Of a DNA stretch of 64,000 nt, positions 1 to 10,748 are shown one piece after another (position 1 is the stretch's first letter; each line of letters starts with the position of its first letter). The position numbers and the translations under genes were made by a program. Source of the DNA: Promethearchaeota archaeon (GTDB lineage Archaea > Asgardarchaeota > Lokiarchaeia > Sigyniarchaeales > SOKP01); NCBI GenBank assembly GCA_019058445.1, contig JAHPZA010000010.1, positions 256,001 through 320,000 on the forward strand. Reading direction: 5' to 3'. The notes below the pieces were generated by a model. The model was not told where the DNA came from. It searched no databases and saw only the letters and a program-made list of their open reading frames with translations.

Positions 1-833
1 AACAATGCAGATGTAGCTGAAATTTGACATATCGTAATATATGTAATAAATACCACGAACTCAAATTCTAAAAATAAGATATTAACTATTAAACCAGTCA
101 ATAATCCAAAAACATCTGCTAAAATTAAATAAGTTCCATATTTTCTATGTATATTGTAAAATTCTGATTTCTGATCAAACCCTTCTAATTCACCTTTTGC
201 TTTAGAAGATATAAAACTTATTATTAAAATCATAGAAACAATACCAGATACAATAGTTCCTAACAGGAAAGCATAAGAAATTAGGAATATAGGTTTGTCT
301 AATTTATAGAAATAAATTAGAAAATTAATTGTAGTTACTGTTATAGGATTTAAAATTCTGGCAAAAAAAACTGATTTGAACTTATGAAAAGCATATAAAA
401 CGGAATCGTTAAGATCTATTAGTACTTTACATAATATCATAGGTGACATAATTAAAATCATTGAAAACAAAATGGTTCCAAAATCAGCTAATAATGTAAT
501 CAATAAATATAATAATAAAATGAGAAATGCACTAATTAATCTTATTTTATAGACATGTATTATAAATTTTCTTCTAACTTCTTGATTGTTACTGTTAATT
601 GATAAATGTGGGATATAATACATAATTGTTTCTTGAGCATTTGGGGGAAATAGATTACTGAGAAAAATAGCAATATTAATAAATGAAATTACTAGGATTA
701 ATAAGGCCCATTCTTCAGGGGTCAGTAACCTTGCAAGTACAAAAGTATTTGAAATACTAAAAAAAAAAGTCAAATAAACTGTTAATAAATTAAAACTGCT
801 ACTTTCTGCAACTTTTTTTTGTACTTTAAGCAT
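1..833 (-). CDS. Oligosaccharide flippase (Wzx/PST, MOP superfamily), N-terminal part; runs off the window
   Basis: Not in the ORF track. Manual translation from ATG at 833 gives MLKVQKKVAESSSFNLLTVYLTFFFSISNTFVLARLLTPEEWALLILV..., with the ARLLxPEExG-like Wzx N-terminal motif and successive hydrophobic helices. Confidence 0.8.
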   Translation of the reverse strand, partial: MLKVQKKVAESSSFNLLTVYLTFFFSISNTFVLARLLTPEEWALLILVISFINIAIFLSNLFPPNAQETIMYYIPHLSINSNNQEVRRKFIIHVYKIRLISAFLILLLYLLITLLADFGTILFSMILIMSPMILCKVLIDLNDSVLYAFHKFKSVFFARILNPITVTTINFLIYFYKLDKPIFLISYAFLLGTIVSGIVSMILIISFISSKAKGELEGFDQKSEFYNIHRKYGTYLILADVFGLLTGLIVNILFLEFEFVVFITYITICQISATSAL

Positions 834-876
834 CTATTTTTTTTATTTTCAGTTATATTTCAATTTATATTAATCA

Positions 877-1902
877 TCAAAAAATTAAATTCAAAATCTT
901 TAAAAATATTCTTAAAATTTTAACTTTACTTAAAATTCTACCTAAAATTATTGAATCCAAATTTCTATCTAGAAAATTCTTTTCAATTTTATTAGTTATA
1001 GTATTATCTTCCTTAAATCTCAGATATCTAATATTTTTAATATTTAATATGAGAAATTTATATATATTTAACCGTAATTTTAATTTGCTTGTAATAAAGG
1101 CTTGAAATAGGAGTATGAGTTCAGAAATAATAAGATACGGTATTAGACTCTTAAAATTTTTAATATTTTTATAAATTACTAAATATCGATTTCTTTCAAT
1201 ATAATAATAAGTAAAATCATTTATGCTCATATGTATCTTCTGATGAAACAATACTGATTCATTAGTAGTATATATAAGGTTTCCATTTCTAAGAGCCCTT
1301 AATGAAAAGTCAGTATCTTCATGATACATAAAAAAAATAGGATCAAATCCATTTAATTTAAGATACAAATTTCTTTTCATGAACATACTACATCCAGATG
1401 CTTTATGTGTTTTAAATGTAGCAGTTTGGTTTGGAATTTTGTGATACATCAAAGGTGAATAAGAAAAGCCTAAAAAGTGTATTTTTGCACCGTAATAATT
1501 AATAAAATGACCTGGAAAGATAATAGCTGGGCTAATGATTATTTCATGATCTTTTTTTAGCTTTTTGTATAATTTTAATAAAACAGTAAAAAAATCATTA
1601 GGAAAAGCTACATCTTGATTTGTTATGTAAATAAACTCTCCTTTAGCTTTTGAAATCGCGATATTACATGCCTGAGCAAAACCCAAATTAGTATTTTGAT
1701 TAATAAGAGTAATATTAATATCTTTTTTGAAAGAATTTATTATACCTTTGGTTGAATCTTTAGAATTATTATCAACTATTATTAATTCTATTTCAATTAA
1801 ATTATTCAAATTTTTTATTGATTGTAAATTATTATAAATCACTTCTTCCCCATTAAACGTTGGAAAAACTATTGAGATTTTAATCTGAGAGGCACTCATC
1901 AA
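877..1902 (-). CDS. GT2 family glycosyltransferase (rhamnosyl/galactofuranosyl-transferase-like)
   Basis: SIVFPTFN, IIVDNNSKD, NLGFAQACN, NQD, SGCSMF, GFDPIFFMYHEDTDFSLR motifs. Confidence 0.9.
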   Translation of the reverse strand: MMSASQIKISIVFPTFNGEEVIYNNLQSIKNLNNLIEIELIIVDNNSKDSTKGIINSFKKDINITLINQNTNLGFAQACNIAISKAKGEFIYITNQDVAFPNDFFTVLLKLYKKLKKDHEIIISPAIIFPGHFINYYGAKIHFLGFSYSPLMYHKIPNQTATFKTHKASGCSMFMKRNLYLKLNGFDPIFFMYHEDTDFSLRALRNGNLIYTTNESVLFHQKIHMSINDFTYYYIERNRYLVIYKNIKNFKSLIPYLIISELILLFQAFITSKLKLRLNIYKFLILNIKNIRYLRFKEDNTITNKIEKNFLDRNLDSIILGRILSKVKILRIFLKILNLIF

Positions 1903-2046
1903 AAACTAGATAGTTTGAAATTCTATGAGATCTAATTATTTTGTGAAATATATTTATAAAATGATTTTAACTAAAAAACATTTTTAATAATAATTATTTT
2001 TGGATTAAATATTAATTTAGAGGATTAATATTTGGTATTCACAATA

Positions 2047-3846
2047 TTAATATTTTGTTCTGAATATAAGCGCATCATTAATTTCAATCCTCTCAAAATA
2101 CTTTTCATCTTCAAAAAGTTCTATTTTAAATTCAATATCATGGAAATCTCGACCTTCAGGATAGTTATCAATTTCAAATGCAAAAACTAATTTGGTTGAA
2201 TTTTCCTTAAGCGTTAGAAAGATATAATCGATTCTATCGAATTTATTATTGACTATTTTCTTATAAACTTCTTTAGATGAATTGCATTCAGATAATTTAA
2301 TAAGGAATTTCACTCTTTCATTATGAAGCGCGCTTGGATGAGCGAAGTATGGATTAGGTAACAAGAACAAATAAATTGGTAAAAATGCTGCTATCCTCCA
2401 TTCACTTGTTAAAAATACCTTATCCTCATAATCAAGTTCCTCGAAAATGTCTCGTATTTCTCTCATAGATTGTCTTTTTAAGGCAAGCTGATAAGAAGGA
2501 GTAACCGAAATAAAATGCCAATGAGAATAACATTGAACAGTCATTATAGATATCACAAAAAATATCTCAAATTGATATAAGTTTATTTTGATTTTATTTG
2601 ATTTTAAAATATTATTTTCTGCTAAATAATAAAAAAATCTTACGTAGGCGATACATGTGCTTATAACTAAAATATATCCCGAGATTGATATTATCCTAAT
2701 ATGCATTATGGGAAAATTAATCATTAAGCCAATAAAACCAATTAAAAACAAAATATGAACGGATAATAAAAAATTCCCAAGGATCTTCATCTCACGTGAT
2801 AAATTATACTTATGAATGATATAAACTAAACCAATTATCCATGGACTAACCATTATAATGTTTAACAAAGGATAAGTAAACATAGTACTCCATATAAATC
2901 GGTTTTGATGGCTTTCAAAACCAATAAATAAAATATCTCTTAGAATCGGTATCCAAAACCAACAACTAAATAAAATTAAAAGACATGTGATAATTAAAAT
3001 GCGTTTTAAATTATTTTTAAATTCTCGTGGGTTTTGGATTAATGATATAAGATAATATATGGGAATTAATAAAAAATAGAGAAAATAAGTACAAAAAATG
3101 ATAGATCCAATGATACCTGCGATAAAATAGTCAGATTTGTCATATTTTATCTCTTTAATATTCTCATAATAATACATAAAATATGGAAGAATAAGAAAAC
3201 CTCCGATCATATGATCTGGATCATAAATATTAACCAGAAAACTTGAAGAGATTATTGTAATAATAAGGGCTAACTTTTGATCGTATATTTTTTTCCAAAA
3301 TTCAAAAAGAATGATTGGTAAAATATATACCGTTATCAACATCCCGATTCTTACCATCTTATAAGGTGCTATATGAAAAATTATAGCAATTAAAGCTAAA
3401 CAATACCAATAAAAGGGAGCGTAATATGCCGAAAGTCCTTTATAAGCAAAATCCTGAGGAATTCCTGAATAATACATTTTAGTGATATAGGCTGTACGGT
3501 AAAAATTATCCCCTTTTAAGGCATTATATCCCCAATGTGTATTATAAAATAAAAATAAATATGCAGCAAAATTGAAGATTGAGAATAAAATAATGGTTCT
3601 TTTATAATTTACGCTATAGAAATTATTTTTGGAATTCACTTGGTTTAGAACTAAAAAAATTAAAAAAAAAGATAATGTTAAAATCAAAAGAAAAGTCGTT
3701 CTATATATGGCATTCCAGTATTGTTTAGGAAAAAATTTATAGAGCCCGATAAAGAACAAGCATCCAATCGAAGAGAAAAAAAGTTCTTGTATAAAATCTG
3801 ATTTAAGTACAGATTTTACAGAATTTCTTAATTTTTCCTTATCCAT
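2047..3846 (-). CDS. AftA-like (GT85-like, GT-C fold) arabinofuranosyltransferase homologue, copy 1
   Basis: Multi-TM. DNFYRTAYITKM...DFAYKGLSAYYAPFYWY resembles the AftA N-domain (DQxFRTxYLTR...DMxYxGLPxFYPPxWFW); VFLT...PYFAHPSALHNER resembles the AftA C-domain (VVLT...HYANPLAxFxxR). Recognised by eye. Confidence 0.75.
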   Translation of the reverse strand: MDKEKLRNSVKSVLKSDFIQELFFSSIGCLFFIGLYKFFPKQYWNAIYRTTFLLILTLSFFLIFLVLNQVNSKNNFYSVNYKRTIILFSIFNFAAYLFLFYNTHWGYNALKGDNFYRTAYITKMYYSGIPQDFAYKGLSAYYAPFYWYCLALIAIIFHIAPYKMVRIGMLITVYILPIILFEFWKKIYDQKLALIITIISSSFLVNIYDPDHMIGGFLILPYFMYYYENIKEIKYDKSDYFIAGIIGSIIFCTYFLYFLLIPIYYLISLIQNPREFKNNLKRILIITCLLILFSCWFWIPILRDILFIGFESHQNRFIWSTMFTYPLLNIIMVSPWIIGLVYIIHKYNLSREMKILGNFLLSVHILFLIGFIGLMINFPIMHIRIISISGYILVISTCIAYVRFFYYLAENNILKSNKIKINLYQFEIFFVISIMTVQCYSHWHFISVTPSYQLALKRQSMREIRDIFEELDYEDKVFLTSEWRIAAFLPIYLFLLPNPYFAHPSALHNERVKFLIKLSECNSSKEVYKKIVNNKFDRIDYIFLTLKENSTKLVFAFEIDNYPEGRDFHDIEFKIELFEDEKYFERIEINDALIFRTKY

Positions 3847-3980
3847 ATAAATTATTTTATATAATATGATTAAAAAATTTTTATCTCAACGATTAATTTA
3901 AAAGATTTAAGCATACAAGCATACTTATATGTATATATTCATCCTTTAAAATAAATTAAATCAAAATAAATATTATTGAT

Positions 3981-5027
3981 ATGGCTAAAAGATTAAATTC
4001 AATTGATATCTTAAGAGGGATTTCAGTAATTCTTATGATATTTGGACATGTTTTTTATGCTTGGCCTATAGTTAATAACATTTTTCTGATCAATTTGTTT
4101 ATATTTATTTTCCTTTTGGCACCTCCTTTATTTTTAATTATTTCTGGTTTTAGCTTCTATCTTTTTGTAAACAACATGAAAATGAACTCTTACTCGAAAA
4201 AAAAAATTTTTATTGAAATATTAAAAAGAGCTTTATTTATATCAATTGTTACAACGATGTTTATCTTGATATTCGGATTTATTTATAATCTAAAAATATC
4301 CTTTATAATTTACTGGAGTATTTTTCAAGTTATTTCTTTATCAATGATATTATTCTGGTCAATCATTTTCATAAGACAAATTTACAGATTAATATGTTAT
4401 TTGTTTCTAATTTGTATAATTTTCTTAATAAATCTTATAATTTGTTTTTACAAAATTTACTTATTATATATTTTAATTAAAGGAGAATCTTTTTCATTCA
4501 TCCCGTGGTGCAATTTCTTTATATTTGGTCTATTAGTTAGTGATCTTTTAAATAACACTCAACAAGAGAAGATTAAAAAAATCATATTAATGTTTCTGGT
4601 TATAATTATTAATAATCTACTACTTTGGGCAATATTTTCAACTATGATAACAGATTCATTTTTCTTACATTATTTAAAATCTATAAGTTTTTTCGTTATA
4701 TCATTCGCTATATGTTATTATTATATTGATATCAAAAATTATGATACCAAATTTTCAAAATATTTGACCCAATGGGGTAGAATTGCTTTTTCTATTTACT
4801 ATATTCAATTTATACTTATTATTGGAGGAAGACTATTAATACCACTAATAATTTATGAATTAGTTTTATTTATTCCTGTTGAATTTCTTTTTTATTTAAT
4901 ATTGATATCTATATATTTGATATTGGAGATCATTATAAATATTTGGAAGAAATTTAATTATATTTACGGAATAGAATGGTTGATGAATCAAATTTCAAAA
5001 AAATCTTTATTTATAAAAAAAGATTAA
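3981..5027 (+). CDS. Transmembrane acyltransferase, HGSNAT/DUF1624 family
   Basis: RLNSIDILRGISVILMIFGH, APPLFLIISGFS, WSIFQVI, FIPW, GRIAFSIYYIQ; about 10 hydrophobic segments. Confidence 0.8.
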   Translation: MAKRLNSIDILRGISVILMIFGHVFYAWPIVNNIFLINLFIFIFLLAPPLFLIISGFSFYLFVNNMKMNSYSKKKIFIEILKRALFISIVTTMFILIFGFIYNLKISFIIYWSIFQVISLSMILFWSIIFIRQIYRLICYLFLICIIFLINLIICFYKIYLLYILIKGESFSFIPWCNFFIFGLLVSDLLNNTQQEKIKKIILMFLVIIINNLLLWAIFSTMITDSFFLHYLKSISFFVISFAICYYYIDIKNYDTKFSKYLTQWGRIAFSIYYIQFILIIGGRLLIPLIIYELVLFIPVEFLFYLILISIYLILEIIINIWKKFNYIYGIEWLMNQISKKSLFIKKD

Positions 5028-5085
5028 TCAATTACACTTATATTATAATTTGGTGATAATTAGATCATTTAAAAGTAAAGGATTT

Positions 5086-6900
5086 TTAATATTTTGTCTT
5101 ATAAATTAGTTCTCCATCAATTTCTATCCTTTCAAATAAGTTTTCATTTTCAAAAAGCTCAATATTAAATTCAATATCATAATAATCTCTACCATCGGGA
5201 AACTTCTCAATAGCTACTTGTAAAACTAATTTTGTGGAATTATCTTCCAAATCTAAATAAAAATAATCTATTGGACCAAATTTATTATCCATAATCTTAT
5301 CATAAAACTCTTTCGATGATTCGCACTCAGATAATTCAATTAAAAATTTTACTCTCTCATTATATAATGCGCTAGGGTGATTATAATAGGGATTTGGTAA
5401 TAAAAACAAATATATTTGCATGAACATGGCAACTTCCCACTTTTCTATAAGAAATACTTTATCTTCATAATCAAGCTCCTCAATTATATCTCTTACTTCT
5501 TCACTCATTGAATTTCCACTTTTGGCAGCTTTATAACCATCAGAATTGGCGATATATAATAAATTCCCTGTAGTTTGAACAATTGTTATTGAAATTAGGA
5601 GGAAAATTTCTATGTAACGAAAGTCTGCTTTAATTTTATTCTTTTTCAAAAAATCGTTCTCTTTTATAAAAATAAAAAATCTTACATAAAAAATACTTGA
5701 TGAAATCATTAAAATATATGCCGAGATTGGCATTATCCTAATATACATTAAGGAGATATTATTCATTACACAGATAAATCCTAATAAAAAATAAAAATGG
5801 ATAGCGATTAAAAGATTTCCGAGAATTCTCATATCTTGAGTTAAATTATATTTTCTTATTATGTAGACTATTCCAATTGTATTATATAAAGCGTAAATAC
5901 CAAAACCAAAATAATTTAATAAAGGATATTGAAACATTGATAAGTCAAAATAATTATTTTGATGGCTCTCAAATCCAATCAATAAAATATCTTTAGCAAG
6001 TGGAACCCAAAACCAACTACTAAATAAAAGTAATGCAACAGAAATGTAAAATAGATGTCTGAGATTTTTTCTAAATTTATTTTTATTCTGAATAAAAGAT
6101 ATTAAATAATAAATTGGAATTATTACAAAATACAAAAAATAGGTACATAATATTAAAGCTCCTAAAAAACCCCCAATTATATAGTCTTTTTTTGTAAACG
6201 TCTTATTTGTATAATTTTCAAAATAATAAATAAAATATGGAATTATAAAAAGAGATCCAAGCATGTGATCCGGTGAGTAAATATTAATAAAATAAATAGA
6301 AGACATTATTGAAATAACAAATGATATTTTTTCATCATAAATTTTTTTCCATGATTCGTATAAAATTATTGGAGAAAAAAAAATTGTAATTAACATTCCT
6401 ATTCTAAGCATTTTATAGGGTGCTATATTTAATAATATAGATAACAATGCTAAGCTATACCAATAAAGGGGAGAATAAAATGCTGAGTATCCTTTATAAG
6501 CAAAATCTTGCGGATACCCTGAATGTGCCATATGAGTAACATAAGCTGTACGATAGATATTATCCCCAGCCAATCCATTATATCCCCAATTTGTATGATA
6601 AAATAAGAATAAAAAAATAGAAAAATTAAATACGGTGAATAAAATAATATTCTTTTTATAACTTATTTTAAAGGAAGACTTATTAGAACCTATTTGGCTA
6701 ACAAATATAAAGACTAGAAAAAATGCCAAACTTAAGATTAAAATAATAGTACTTCTATAAAACTTATTCCAATAATGTTTTGGAAAAAAAAGATAAAGTA
6801 AAACAAAAAATCCACATCCAAGTGCGGAATAAAAAAGTTCTTGGACAATATCCTTTTCGAATATTGATAATAAAGAACTTTTATATTTCTTCTTTTCCAT
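5086..6900 (-). CDS. AftA-like GT-C glycosyltransferase, copy 2
   Basis: Close paralogue of 2047..3846: GDNIYRTAYVTHM...QDFAYKGYSAFYSPLYWY; PNPYYNHPSALYNER. Confidence 0.75.
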   Translation of the reverse strand: MEKKKYKSSLLSIFEKDIVQELFYSALGCGFFVLLYLFFPKHYWNKFYRSTIILILSLAFFLVFIFVSQIGSNKSSFKISYKKNIILFTVFNFSIFLFLFYHTNWGYNGLAGDNIYRTAYVTHMAHSGYPQDFAYKGYSAFYSPLYWYSLALLSILLNIAPYKMLRIGMLITIFFSPIILYESWKKIYDEKISFVISIMSSIYFINIYSPDHMLGSLFIIPYFIYYFENYTNKTFTKKDYIIGGFLGALILCTYFLYFVIIPIYYLISFIQNKNKFRKNLRHLFYISVALLLFSSWFWVPLAKDILLIGFESHQNNYFDLSMFQYPLLNYFGFGIYALYNTIGIVYIIRKYNLTQDMRILGNLLIAIHFYFLLGFICVMNNISLMYIRIMPISAYILMISSSIFYVRFFIFIKENDFLKKNKIKADFRYIEIFLLISITIVQTTGNLLYIANSDGYKAAKSGNSMSEEVRDIIEELDYEDKVFLIEKWEVAMFMQIYLFLLPNPYYNHPSALYNERVKFLIELSECESSKEFYDKIMDNKFGPIDYFYLDLEDNSTKLVLQVAIEKFPDGRDYYDIEFNIELFENENLFERIEIDGELIYKTKY

Positions 6901-7002
6901 ATATATGGTTTTTATTTTATATAATTAAAAAACCTTTATACTTGCACAAACTAGCTTTTGAGATCTTATGAATTTTTAAAACACTTCAAAAGAGTAAATA
7001 TA

Positions 7003-7057
7003 AATAGTAAATAACCAATAATCAATAGTAAATAACCAATAATCAATAGTAAATAAC
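7003..7057. repeat. Tandem repeat, about 2.6 copies of 21-bp AATAGTAAATAACCAATAATC
   Basis: Exact copies at 7003-7023 and 7024-7044, partial copy at 7045-7057; lies in a divergent intergenic region. Confidence 0.9.
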
Positions 7058-7155
7058 TGACTATGAAAAATATCTATAATAAATCAAAAAAAAATTTTAT
7101 TTTAAAATAAAAATTTAACTAACTAATTAAAATAACGATTTAAAATAATTTAATT

Positions 7156-9702
7156 TTGAGTTTTATAAACATAAGAAAAAATATTATTTTCCTACTGTTT
7201 GTAATTTTCTTTAGTTTCCTATACTTTATATTTTTCTTATACGTCTACTTAATACCAAATAAAATAAGTCTCTCTATTGTTATAATTATTGGATATTTCA
7301 TAGTTATTTTTGCTCTTTTTTTATTTATTAATTTAAACCATGATAAGGATAAAATTACTTTATTTTCTTATAGATTTTTATCAGAAAATTCGATAAAGTT
7401 AATTTTAATTATTGCTATGTGCGTAAGTTGGTTTATTGCACCTGTTTCAAACCCTAGAGTTATTATTAATTGGGATAGAATAGGTTATTTGAATTATATT
7501 AGAGCGATTGTTTTTATTATTGGAACTATATTTATACCAGGAGCAGCTATTTATAATATTCTTTTTCCTAAAAATGATTTACATGAAAATTTTAAAGTAG
7601 AATCCTATCTCCTTAAAATTGCATTATATCCTCTCATATCTTTATCTTTTATTGGTCTCTCAGTTTTAGTAATGGATCAAGTAAGATTCGAGAGAGAAAC
7701 AATTGGGATAACCTTATTTTTCCTAATTTTAATACTATATGTTCTTGAGGTTATTTTTAAAAAAAAAAGAAAAGAAAAAATAGAATTTGAATTTAAGACA
7801 TTAAAAATTTCCAATTATTCATTTATTATTCTATTGATGGCTTTAGGAATAGCTTTAATTGCGTTAGGAATTCACTTTGCTATGCTTTATCTTATACCTG
7901 GAGATAGTTGGATAGGATTGGCACAGACCAATTATATCGCAAAATCTGATAATTCTCCAATAGAATGGGGGAGAAAATGGTCTTATTATCCGATATTTTG
8001 GTCCTATATTTCCTTTGGATTATCTTTATTATGTGGGCTTCCATATTTTAATACAAATGCCTTATTAGCTCTCTTATGTTATATCTTTCCAATATCAATA
8101 TATTTGCTAATAAAAGCTATTTTAACTAATTTAAAAGAGATCTATGCTTGTTTTTCAACCATTTTGGTTATTATCTTCTCTGGTTTATTTTACATATCTA
8201 CAGATTATGGACATGGAAAAGCACCAAGTTTTATTGTTGATTGTGAATCTTTATTCTCTTACAAAACTATGTCGTATTTATGTCTTTTTATTGCTATTGC
8301 AATTTTCTTCAGTAGTCTAAAAACCACTAAAGATATTGAAATAAGTAGCAGAATTATTCATTTACTCAATGAATCTAATTTCCAAATTTTAATTGCACTC
8401 TTTTTATTAATCAGCTATATTCTCTATATGATTCCTTTATTAGCGGGATTTATCATAATTTTTATTTATTGTACAATCTCAGAAAAAAGAATTCACAATT
8501 TTAAATTATTTTCAATTATGATATTTTATTTTAATATATTTTTTATGGGATTGGATATTCTGATGGAATTTTACTTAAGTGATTCAGCATATTTTGCAAT
8601 TGGATGGTTCTTTGAAACACTATTTATATTTAAATTCACACAATATATCCCAGCATATATTTTAGCATATTCGGTTCTGTGGCTTTTTTTCATAATCTTA
8701 AATTTAATCCAATTTAGGTTTGCTAAATCTTTAATTAAAAGATATTATAAACTTTTTAATAATTTTGATTTTACTTTTGTTTTTAAAATATTTTTAATAA
8801 TTTTTACTTTGTTTTTAGTAACAGAGCTTATTATAATTAATTTAGAAGAATTTTTTCTTAAAACCAGATTTGATAATAAGTTAATATTTTTTTACTATTT
8901 AGATAAAATTTTTTTAAATATCGGATTTATTGGAATTACAGGTGTATATTTATCCTATTATTGCTATAAGAAAAAGAAAACCATATTCTTCTTTTTAGTT
9001 TCATGGATTATTGTTATCTTTTTAATTGGTTCTCTGCTCATATTTATTAATTCAATTATGAGTTTCTCTTTTTCAATTAGATATATTAAGAGTGAAAACT
9101 TTAAATCTATGGATTATTGGTATAATCGAACATGGATATATGCAGTTATCCCCCTATGTATATTATCTTCTATAGGATTGATAAAAATAGCAAAGATAAT
9201 GAGGAATCATCCAAAATTCAAAAAAATTCTTTCTAATCCTAATAAAAGGAATATTTTAAAATTCTCATCATTATCTTTAATAATCATTTTAACATATTCA
9301 AATCTAATTATGGCTGGAATGTGGAATGGAAATGAAAATAATCGCCCAACAGATGAGGAAATTGAATTATTTAGTTGGATGTCTGAAAATATTTCTCCTG
9401 ATTCTAATTTCCTAATAGATAACGAATATATTATCCGTGTAGGTATTTTTTCAATGGTGAATGGGCGGTACTTTTTCATTAATGATTATTTTGAGTCTGA
9501 TTATAACCAAACTGAGAATATTGAACAAATTAAGGATTTAAAAGGAGATGATATTGAATATCTTTTAATACATGAAGATTATCTTTTTGGATCTTCTAAC
9601 CGATCAAGATTTATAAGAAATTATTTAATACCTTATTTTTATAATGAAACAGAACACGAGACAAATCATTATAGATTATATTATGCTCCCTATTTTGATT
9701 AA
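7156..9702 (+). CDS. Large multi-TM membrane protein, putative GT-C fold glycosyltransferase
   Basis: Many TM segments, loop motif PGDSW...YYPIFW, soluble C-terminal domain (ELFSWMSENISPDSNFL...IEYLLI) typical of archaeal GT-C-like proteins; TTG start. Confidence 0.6.
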   Translation: MSFINIRKNIIFLLFVIFFSFLYFIFFLYVYLIPNKISLSIVIIIGYFIVIFALFLFINLNHDKDKITLFSYRFLSENSIKLILIIAMCVSWFIAPVSNPRVIINWDRIGYLNYIRAIVFIIGTIFIPGAAIYNILFPKNDLHENFKVESYLLKIALYPLISLSFIGLSVLVMDQVRFERETIGITLFFLILILYVLEVIFKKKRKEKIEFEFKTLKISNYSFIILLMALGIALIALGIHFAMLYLIPGDSWIGLAQTNYIAKSDNSPIEWGRKWSYYPIFWSYISFGLSLLCGLPYFNTNALLALLCYIFPISIYLLIKAILTNLKEIYACFSTILVIIFSGLFYISTDYGHGKAPSFIVDCESLFSYKTMSYLCLFIAIAIFFSSLKTTKDIEISSRIIHLLNESNFQILIALFLLISYILYMIPLLAGFIIIFIYCTISEKRIHNFKLFSIMIFYFNIFFMGLDILMEFYLSDSAYFAIGWFFETLFIFKFTQYIPAYILAYSVLWLFFIILNLIQFRFAKSLIKRYYKLFNNFDFTFVFKIFLIIFTLFLVTELIIINLEEFFLKTRFDNKLIFFYYLDKIFLNIGFIGITGVYLSYYCYKKKKTIFFFLVSWIIVIFLIGSLLIFINSIMSFSFSIRYIKSENFKSMDYWYNRTWIYAVIPLCILSSIGLIKIAKIMRNHPKFKKILSNPNKRNILKFSSLSLIIILTYSNLIMAGMWNGNENNRPTDEEIELFSWMSENISPDSNFLIDNEYIIRVGIFSMVNGRYFFINDYFESDYNQTENIEQIKDLKGDDIEYLLIHEDYLFGSSNRSRFIRNYLIPYFYNETEHETNHYRLYYAPYFD

Positions 9703-9899
9703 TCTCGAAGATAAGTGAAATTTAAATTTTTTAATTCTCTACTATTTAATACTTTAATATTTATTAGTAAGCTTTTACCTTTTTAGTTAAAGAAACGCAT
9801 ATATTTTTTAAAGACATTATATTAAAAAAAAAATTTAATTTTATGAGTAATTTTAATATATTAAAAACCAAACTTCTAAATACAAATTAGGGTAAGCAT

Positions 9900-10724
9900 T
9901 TGTCGCATCATGTTTCTTATAATAAAATGGACAAACATCTAGAACGGATTAATAAAGAAAAGGATAGTTATTTTTTATCAATCATTCTTCCGGTCTATAA
10001 TGAAGATAAGACAATTTGCTCAATTTTAAACAGTCTTCCTAATAAAGATTATATCGAAATTATTGCTATTGATGATAAATCTAACGATGATAGTATATGT
10101 GAGATTCAGAAAGCTCAAGAAAATCGTAATATAAAATTGTACAAGCATAGTAAAAATCAGGGCTATGGAAAGGCTATTTTAACAGGAATTAAAAACTCCA
10201 AGGGAAAAATTATAGTAACTATGGATGCGGATGGACAACATTCTCCTGAAGATATCTATACTTTAATTAAACCAATTTTAGATGGTGAAGCAGATTATAC
10301 TATTGGTTCAAGATATCTTGGCACTTATCATTATAAATTACCCCTCTCGACAAGATTAGGAGAATTATTTGTCGAAAAGCTCATCCAGGTTTTTTTTAGA
10401 CAAAGAATCGCAAGTAATCAAGGAGGTTTTCGAGCTATCGATCGAAAAATTATTAAAATTTTCGATAATATCCAATATCTAAATTATGCCTTTACAACTG
10501 AACTAATTATTCGAACAATTTTGTATGGATATAAAATAAAAGAATGTCCCATAAAATTAATGGATCGTGCTCATGGTAAATCAAGGATTATATTAAATAA
10601 ATTGGCTTTAAATCTATTTTCTCTTATATTGAGATATATTTTAATAAAAATAAAAATGAAAACTTCTAGAATAAATGAGATTTCTTTTAAAAAAGAGCCT
10701 CTAATTTTTAAGGAAATAGTTTAG
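9900..10724 (+). CDS. GT2 polyprenol/dolichol-phosphate glycosyltransferase (DPM1-like)
   Basis: SIILPVYNE, IDDKSND, NQGYGKA, MDADGQH, GSRY, GGFRA, R..GKS; true start may be the ATG at 9927. Confidence 0.88.
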   Translation: MSHHVSYNKMDKHLERINKEKDSYFLSIILPVYNEDKTICSILNSLPNKDYIEIIAIDDKSNDDSICEIQKAQENRNIKLYKHSKNQGYGKAILTGIKNSKGKIIVTMDADGQHSPEDIYTLIKPILDGEADYTIGSRYLGTYHYKLPLSTRLGELFVEKLIQVFFRQRIASNQGGFRAIDRKIIKIFDNIQYLNYAFTTELIIRTILYGYKIKECPIKLMDRAHGKSRIILNKLALNLFSLILRYILIKIKMKTSRINEISFKKEPLIFKEIV

Positions 10725-10748
10725 TTTTTTTTAAATCCTATTTTTAAG

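Noticed and set aside
7003-7057. CRISPR array
   Set aside because: Repeats are contiguous with no spacers, and there are no cas genes
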